From: Planctomycetia bacterium
GTDB taxonomy: Bacteria; Planctomycetota; Planctomycetia; JALXBF01; JBGPMX01
DNA: 64,000 bases
Assembly (NCBI GenBank): GCA_036758585.1
Contig: DAIOWH010000001.1
Coordinates: 98,462-162,461 of the forward strand
Reading direction: 5' to 3'
The translations under genes and the position numbers were made by a program. Of this stretch, positions 20,078 to 29,100 are shown piece after piece. Under the pieces are notes generated by a model. The model worked only from the letters and a program-made list of their open reading frames with translations, was not told where the DNA came from and did not search any database. Every line of letters starts with the position of its first letter. Within the stretch, counting starts at the first letter, position 1.

Positions 20078-20130
20078 ACGCGACAGAGTCTTGCCTCGGG
20101 GTGTTCCTGGGGCCGTGGAGATGGCAAACG

Positions 20131-23100
20131 ATGACTAACGCGACGGGCAAACGATTCGGAGCAGCACGGCGCCTCGGCCGCACCCGGCCGACGCTTCGCG
20201 CCCGGCACGCCGGACAGGTCGAGCGCCTCGAGTCGCGCGAACTGCTCAGCTCGTTTGCGCCGGTCGACGCCAAGTTTCTCTGGGGTGCGGCTGGCCCGAC
20301 TAGCTTGGCCCAGGTCTGGGTGAACGCCTCCGGCGATTGTGTGGGCGTCTCCGGTCCGCAGATGTTTCTGCATGAGGATTGCCTGCTCGGCGAAGGGGCC
20401 GGCCCGAACCGCGTCGTCGTTCAGTTCAACGCGAACATCGACAAACGCAGCTTCAACGCCGCGTCGGACGTCGTCGTCGGCGGCGACCTGGACCCATCGA
20501 ATCCGTTCCGCGTGTTCGGCGGCACGGCCCGACGCGGCCTCTTGACCCTGTTCACCACCGGCGGTTTCTCCGCGGACGACGGCTCGGAGATGACGCTGAC
20601 GATTCAAGGGATTTCGTCCAAGGGTCGCAAGCGGACGCCTGCGGTTGTGATGGACCCGTGGACAGTCACGTTGCAAGTAACGCCCGATCCCCCGCCGCCT
20701 CCGCCCCCGGTCGAGGTCTGTGGGGACAATGTCGACAACGACGGCGACGGCCAGGCCGACGAGGGCTGTGCGCCGCCGCCCCCGCCACCGGTCGAGGTCT
20801 GTGGGGACAACATCGACAACGATGGCGACAGCCGGACCGACGAAGACTGCGTCGTCACGCCGCCCGATCCGCGACCTTCGGTCTCGCCCGGCGACATCAC
20901 GCCGCCTCTCGTTGTGGGAGTGTCGCCGACGGTCGATGCCGTGATCGGCACGTTGCCCACCACGATTTCGGTCGCCTTTAGCGAACCAGTCGACCCGACC
21001 ACGTTGTCGACCAGCTCCATTCGCCTGTTCACCAGCGGCGGCGACGGCCGATTCGGCGATCGAGCCGACCGGCCGATCGCAACGAGCGGCGTCACCTACA
21101 ATGCCGCCGGTCGCACCGCGGTGCTGCAACTGGCCGAGACGCTCGGCGATGAGGTTTATCAGATTCAAGTAGGCGGAGCGCACAGCATCAAGGACCTGGC
21201 GGGCAACACGCTCGACGGCGACCGCAACGCTCTGGTCGGCGGCCTGTTCACCAGCGAGTTCCAGATCGACCGCTCGACGCCGAGTTTTGACCTCTCGCTG
21301 GCGCCGGTCGCGAACACCGGCATCTCCACCGACGAGACTACGTCGCGCCAAGACCATATCGGAGTCACCGGCCAGGTGAGCGACGGCAGCCTGAGTCGAC
21401 TTGGCGGCTATCAGGTGGCGATGGACGTCGATGGAGACGGCTTCGACGACGGCGGCGCCATCACCGACGCGAATGGGTATTTCACAGTTACGTCGCTCGC
21501 ACAGATTGCGACGTCCGGCCGGCATGATATCGACGTACGAGTAACCGACCGCGCCGGCAACTCGTCCGTGCGGACCACGACCATCAACGTAGATGCCGAC
21601 GCGCCGCTGCTAATGCCGATCAACCTTGCCGAGCGTCCAGACCCGAACGATTACCGAATAACGCCCGCAGGCCACGTGGTTCGGTTGTTTGACGAGTCTC
21701 CGACCGAACTGCGCATTGCCGTGAGCGAGAACCTGGCGCCCGGTCCGGCGCGCGACTTGGACAACTACCGCCTGGAACGTACCGGACAACTTGGTCTGTT
21801 CTCCAGTCCGACCGCGTTGGATTTGTCGTCTCAGATTAGTGAGGCCCGTTTCGATGAGACGACGCGTCAAATCGTGGTCACGCTGGCGTCCGCGCTCGCC
21901 GACGGCGAGTATCAGTTGGTCGTTCGCAGTCATGGCACGATCACCGACGTAGCCGGCAACCACCCAGTGTCGGACGGCATTCTGGGTTTCTATGTGGGCG
22001 CGTACCCTGCTGTGCGCGCCTTCACTCCGGCGGTGACGCCGATGACGCCCGACAACGTGCGGCAGATGCCCACCGTGCGCAGCAGCTCGATTGAATACTA
22101 CGGCCGCGACGGTGGGTCGCGGTCCGAGCAGTCCACCAGTTTCGGGTCTCGGTCTGCCGGTTTGGCCCGACTCACCGTGAACGAGTCGGAGACGTTCGGC
22201 AACAGTACCAACAATCCATTCGATCCTCAGATGCCTGGAACCGCCGAGCCGATCGCCGGGACGACGTTCCCGTTCGGCAACTTCGGCGTCGATCAGGGTG
22301 AAGATCCCGAGGCGTTCATTTTTGGCGACATCGACTCCGGACTTGACGTCGACGTGTATTCGTTTCGCGCCAAGGCGGGCGAGTCGGTGCGGTTCACGCT
22401 CACCGACCAGTTCGGCTTTTTCCCGTTCGGCGGCGAAATCGCGATCATCGACCTCGGTACCGACAACGCCGTCGGCGGTGCGGGCGACGCCGCCGACCGC
22501 ACGCTCATCAGCAACGTACACAAGTTCATCGATCCAGACTTCGCTTTTTTTCAACTCCTCGACCTGTCACAAATCGAGATTACGATCACCGGCCTGACCG
22601 GCCGCGCCCTGGACAATCCCGAAAACGAGCTGTTGAACCCGCTTACATCCGAACGCCGCGACCCGAGCGACCGCACGTACCTGTTGCGCGTCGACCCGTT
22701 CATCGGCAGCTATGTGATCTCTGCCGAGATGTGGGAGTCCTTCAGCCGCGATACGAACCAGAGCCAAATCGTCTATGTTGATTTCGACGGGCAGGAAGAC
22801 GTGTCCTTTCCGAACTATTTTACGGGCGGAACCTTGTCGGTCGACATGCCGCCGTTCGACATTCGCGATTTCGGCATCGACCCGATCTTTCAGAATCAGT
22901 TCATCGACACCGTGATGGCGGCGGTGCGAGAGGACTTCGAGCAGATCCGTGCGGAAGGAATCAATCCAGCCTACAATTTCCAACTGCGCGACAGTCTGTG
23001 GCATCCCGATCCAGGGAACGCCAACAACGTGCTTCGCGTGGTGGTAGGCGGCGCGGGCGACCTGATAGGTTTCCAGCCGTCGTTTGGGCTGGCGGGCATT

Positions 23101-26100
23101 GCCGACGCGTTAGATACCGGCAACCGGCAAGGCAACAACGTCGTGCTGGTGTTTCCGAGCGGACTCATCGACGTTGCACAGATTTTTGGGGTCGCCCCAC
23201 TCGGATTCACGCCCGCACAACTGGACGAAATCGCCCTCGAGACCGCCGCGACAGTCAGTCACGAGGCCGGCCACGTGCTCGGTCAACGGCATACGAATCA
23301 GGGTTTGTTCCAGGTCGACCTCGTAAACAACGTCTTCGGCTGCGATCCTCTGACGCTCGACAACATCGCCGACGCCTCGCCGCTCGGTTTCGGCGACGAC
23401 TTGCTGCACCGCTTCGACCGCTATCTGAACATGGACGACTTGTTCTGCCAGGGTCGAATCGAAGACTACGACGGTGTCGCCGACTCGGGCGGCGTGATCG
23501 CGTGGGGCATGGAAGGGCGCGACACGACGCCTCCGCGAGTACTCGACATCGATGTGTTGCCGGGACAGATCAAGATCGCGTTCGATGAAGGCGTGGATGC
23601 CGCCACGCTGATCAATCCGAACAATGTGCGACTGTTCCGCGATGACGGAAACAACGACTTCCAGAACGGCGGTACGCCCGTTCAACTCCGCCCCGTCACC
23701 GAGCGACAGTTGACCACCAGCCAGGCCGACCCTTGCGACGGACCCACGCAACTGGGCGTCAGCCTGTACGATGCGTGCACCACCACGCTGACCCTCGACG
23801 TATCCGATCCGGTCAACGAGATTCACAAGGACAAGAAGTATCGGTTGGTGCTCAGTGGCATCACCGACAATCCACTGAACCCCCTGAATCCAACCAACCC
23901 CCGGCCTAATGCGCTCGACTGCGAATTGAACCGCAAACCGTTCACCGGCGCGTATGTGTTTCCGACGGGCAACGGCACGCCTGGCTGCGGCGACGACGCC
24001 GTCTTTCCGGGCGACTCGACGAACGTGTTTCAGTTCGACTTCTTGGCAACCGAGACGGTGTTCGTCGATGGCGACTACAGCGCCGACAACGGCGCCAGTA
24101 CGGGACTCTTCGCCGCGCCGCACACTCTCCTGCCGCAGGCGTTGCAAGTAGCCGAGTACGCGGGATTCCTTCAGCCGCTGGTGGGTGAGCCGGAGCCGGT
24201 GACTGTGCGAGTGGCGCCGTCGATAGCTCCCTACCGCGCTGTAGACCCTCAACTCGATTCCAGTTTCAACGACCAGCCTGACCAAGGCAGCCTTTTTGTG
24301 CCGCCGCGCGTGAACCTGGTCTTCGACGGTCGCACCGACATCGTGCAGTCGATCTTTGTGGTCGCACCCGATCCGGCCGCCCCGGCGGACAATCCGGGCA
24401 CGATCTACCGCGTCGACGCCAACTCGCCTGCGGGCGGCAATGCCGTCGTGCTCGACCGGTTCTTTACGCCGCGGCCGATTCCAGGTGGCGCCGGGCTCGC
24501 GTTTGACGGGTCGAGTCTCTTCTTGACTCAAGACGCGCCCGGCGACGACGCCGTTTGCGACGAGATATTCACGCTTGATCCGTTCACGGGCGCGACCCGC
24601 AGCATCGTCACGCCGCGCACAGCATCGGCCACAGGCGCCGCGACGTGCCCAGCCGATGCGACCAACATCGACGGCCTGGCCGCCGCCGAGACCCTGCTGT
24701 TTGGCGTGGATGCGACCGACGAAAGGGTGGTGCTGCTCGATCGCTCGAACGGCACGCTTGTCGGAAGTTTCGTCGCGTCGTTCGACCTGGCCGGCGGCAT
24801 TGATTTCGACGCCACGACCAACACGCTGTGGGCGGCCGGCGTCGTCACGGACGTTGCGGACCCGTTGGTCGGCAGACGGGTGATCCGGCAAATGAACCCA
24901 GTCACCGGGGAGGTCCGAAACACCGTTCCACTTCCTGCCGGCTCGCCGTCCGCCGAGGGACTGGGACTGTCTGGCGACCGCATCTTCTTCAGCGACGTTG
25001 CCGGCCGCAACATTTTGGAACTCAACGAGGCTGACCCGTCCGCGTCGAGATCGTTTGCGTTTGCGCTCGGCGCCCCGGTGGCGCTGGCTGGTCCGCCCCG
25101 TGAATTGGTGGTGACCAAACTGCTGGGCACACGCATCGAGGCGTTCGGCGAAGATGCTTCGCTCAGCGCCATCGGCAAGAGCGTGGACGAGCCAGTGGTG
25201 TTTACCTCGCTGCGCGATACTGCGTTTATGGGCACGGGAGTCAGTTCCGCACTGGCCGGCGACTGGATGGGTTTAGTGTATCGTCCCGACTCGGCCGATG
25301 TGCTGACCGATCGCCTGACGCCTGAGTACGCGTCGGTGCTTGAAAACGTGCTGGTCCGATTCGGCGGCGGTCCGGGAACGATCATTCCGCCGGTTGATCC
25401 GGCGAGTCAGGATCCTGTACGCAAGTTCGGCGTGGTGCAGTCGCTCAGTCCGCTGAACCTCTTCGACGCGCGGATCAAGGTTGAGAACGTGGAGTTCTCG
25501 AATAATGCCGAAGCGGCAATCGCTGTTACACCGAACGCGCTCGAGCGGATTCAGGGCAAGTCCGGCTTCGAACTGTTCTGGGACGTCGAACCGGGCGCGC
25601 CGATCGTCGGCAACTGGTGCGTCGATGATCCAAGCACGCCGGCGGAGATCGAGTGCGAGGGCGTCGAATTTGGGTTGTATGAAGCCACGCGCCGACGCGT
25701 ACTGGTCGATGCCAACGGCAACCGCGAGTTGGACGAGGCCGAACAGTCCACGGCCGCGCTGGGCGAGACCGATAGCGTGCCGGTGGTGGGTAACTTCACG
25801 CCCGACATAGAAGGCCGCGATGAACTGGCGGTGTTCAATCGTGCCACGGGCGTATGGATTGTCGACGTCGACCGTTCGTTCAGCGAAACGGGCGCGGATT
25901 TGCTCATTGAGTTCGGCAAGCACGGCGATATTCCGATCGTCGGCGACTGGGGAGGCACGGGCACTGACAAGCTCGGTCTGTACCGACCGCGGCCGCGCAC
26001 GACCGACACAGAATGCCAGATGGCGGCGCTGTTACCGGCCGCTTGTTTCGTGCTCGACCTGAACAACAACTTCCGGTTCGACGCTGGCGAGGACTTCAAT

Positions 26101-29100
26101 CTGACGTTCGACCCCGACCAGGATCGGCTGTTTGGTGCTCGGACCGATGTGCCCGTGGTCGGCGACTTCTGCGTGGACGATCCGACCACCGCCCCGGTGG
26201 AATGCCCGGGTGACGAGATCGGCCTGTATCGTGGTACGTCCGGCGACTTCCTGCTCGACCGCAACGCCAACTTCTTCTTCGACCCAGGCGAACAAGACAC
26301 AAACGGCGACGGCGTCGAAGACTCGTCCGAAGTCAAGGGCGTACCGAACGGGCAAATCGACATTAACGACGGCCCGATCGTGTTTGGCCCGCTGGGCGGC
26401 ACGCCCGTCGTGGGCGATTGGTGTGTCGACGACGCCCTGACCGCCGCGGTCGAATGCCCCGGTGACGAGGTGGGCGTAGTCGATTCATCGCTCAAGTGGA
26501 TCGTCGATGCGAACGGCAATCTCAAACAAGATGAGTTGGAAGTCCTGGTTCAGTTTGGCAAGGCAGGCGACGTGGTCGCACCCGGCAACTGGCGCGGCAC
26601 GCGAGTCGGCGACGAGTTCGGCGTGTTCCGACCCGTGGAGGGAACCTGGACTATCGACTTGGTCACGCTCGACCCGACCCGGGCCGAGGACCCCAGCGAA
26701 GACATCGACCTCGATCGGCGACTGGACCGTAAGGAAGATGCGAACGGCAATAACACCCTCGACCCAGGGGAAGACCGCGACCTCGACAAGCGGTTGGACC
26801 TGGACGAAGACATCGACCCGGATGGCATCGGACCGCTTCTCGCCAATGGGCGGTTGGACTTGAATGATGGGCCGTTTGTGTTCAGTGCCGCACGTCGCAA
26901 CGACATCAGCGATTTTGTCTTTGAGAACAGTTTGAATTCAGTTTGGGTGCGTCCTGGCCTGCAGACGGTCTCGGACGCGCACTGGGACGACACGCAGATT
27001 CCCCACGTGCTTACCGGGACGGTAGAGATACAGGCATTGCCCCTCTTGGGAGTGGTGCCGACGCTGCAAATGAAACCAGGCATGGTCGTCAAGATGGGGC
27101 TGGCGAACCTGAACGTGGGTGGGTTTGGGGCCACGCTGCTGGTGGATTCCGACTTGGAGATCGATCAACCGCGCGTTGTGTTTACGTCGTTGTTGGACGA
27201 CGAGCGTGGTCCAGGCAGTCGACCGAACGACACGAACAACGACAAGGGATCGCTCACGCCGTTGCCGGGGGACTGGGGCGGCATCGTGCTCAGTTCCGGC
27301 ACCACGGCGGTCATCAACGGAGCAGAGATCCAATATGGCGGCAACCTGCGCGTGCCGGCCGGCACGTCGCTCATTTCGCCCAGTCCGATCACGCTGAACC
27401 AGGCGACCTGCAACCTCACTGGTTTCTTTGTGCTCGCCACCACTTGCGACCCTGTGTTCGCCACGATCACGAACAACATCATCGCCAACACAAACAACCT
27501 GCGGAACACGTCGAGTCCACGCACGCTACCCAGTGATGTGGCGGCGATCGGCGCCGTGGGCGTGTCGCTGTTGGGCCTGGGTCCGAACACGCCCCGAATC
27601 CCGTTCAACGCCAATCCGTTCATTCGTGGAAACGACGTCAGCCAGAACAACGGATTGAACGGGCTTGAGATCCGAACGTCGGAGTTCCAAGACCCGGCCA
27701 CGGCCCCGCTAACGTTCGCTCACGCGCACCTGTTTTCCGAATCACGGTGGGACGACACAGACATTACTCACATCTTGTTGGGCACGCTGCAATTCGTGTC
27801 GTCAGCGGCGCAGTTCCCACAACCGTTTGACATCCCGGACCAAACGTCCTTCACCAACATTGAGGGGTTCGGACTGACGCTCGCCAGCAACCCGATTGGG
27901 TTCTTTGACGAGTTCGACGGCACGGTGGATGGGGCCGCCGAGAGCCTCGTGGTGAAGTTTGGCGGCCGGCTTAGCAATCGTTACAGTTTGGCAGCGGCGT
28001 TTCCGGGCACGGTGATCGACAATGGTTCATTCGTGGGGTTCCCGCGTCAGATCGGGGCCGGCTTCAACGTGGGGTTCGACGACGGCGGCGCCAATACGCC
28101 GTTCCAGAACTTCCCGTGGGATTCGGGCGGCGACTCGTTCATCACGGTCCAGGGTATCCTGGGCGACCCGGAACGCGGCGTTCCTGCCAGTCCCGTGATC
28201 CTGACGTCGGTGCGCGACGATACCACTGGACCTCGGGGCGTGCAGGAGGACACGAACAACGACGGGGCGACGACCGCGCCGGCTCGTGGCGACTGGGAAG
28301 GAATCCACGTCGGCGCATGGTCGCGCAACGCCGGCCGAATCTCGCCGATCAACGGCGCGCCGCTGAGCGCATCGTCGATCCGCAACGCCGACATTCGCTA
28401 CGCCAACACTGCCGTACTGTTGCAGTCTCAATCGATCGAATTGGAAGGCAACCTGATTCGCAACAGTAATATCGCGATCGATTCGCTGCAGGGTCCGAAC
28501 ATTCCAGACGTCCCCATGGGAGTCAACCCGCCGCCGATTCCGCGCGATCCGGCCTCGCCGATCGTCTACAACAACCTGCTCATCGAGAACGGCATTGGCT
28601 ATCGTCAGACCGGCGGCCCCGACAACGGCAATCCGCTCCAGGAGTCGTTTCCGTCGCGCGCGGTGTTTGTCAACAACACCGTGGATGCCAATGACGCCGG
28701 CTTGGTCATCGCGCAGCGGTCCGGTCCGCTCATCATGAACAACGCGATCACCAATACGGTCGGCACCGGCTTGAATGCAGACAGTTCGTCCCTGCGATTG
28801 AACCTGGAAGCAAGCTTGCAGCACGATCCGCCGATTCAGATTGTGCGCAACCTGTTCTTCGGCAACGGCGCCAACGGCTCAACGGGTACTGTGCCCGCGA
28901 CCGTCGGCGGTCAGGAGATCGTGGGGTTGGCGCCGAACTACACGAGTCCCGGCTCGCCCGACTACAACTACCGGCCGGCGCCAGGCTCGCCGCTAGTGGA
29001 TTCGGCGCTGAGCGAGTACGGCGACGTCTTCGGGGTATACGGGCTGGTCGAGGCGCCGGACCGAGACCGTAACGGCCTGTTCCGTCGCGACCATTTTGGC

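Noticed and set aside
20101-20130. Longer N-terminal extensions given by the ORF track for giant genes 2, 3 and 4 and for Dus (20101, 32155, 36697, 56031)
   Set aside because: Internal starts (20131, 32215, 36751, 55725) have SD-like sequences at proper spacing and give N-termini that align with each other (giants) or with the family norm (Dus).
20701-20860. Possibility that the short, regularly spaced direct repeats are a CRISPR array
   Set aside because: Only two copies, embedded in a continuous ORF, and they encode a recognisable Cys/Asp protein motif. No cas genes anywhere in the window.
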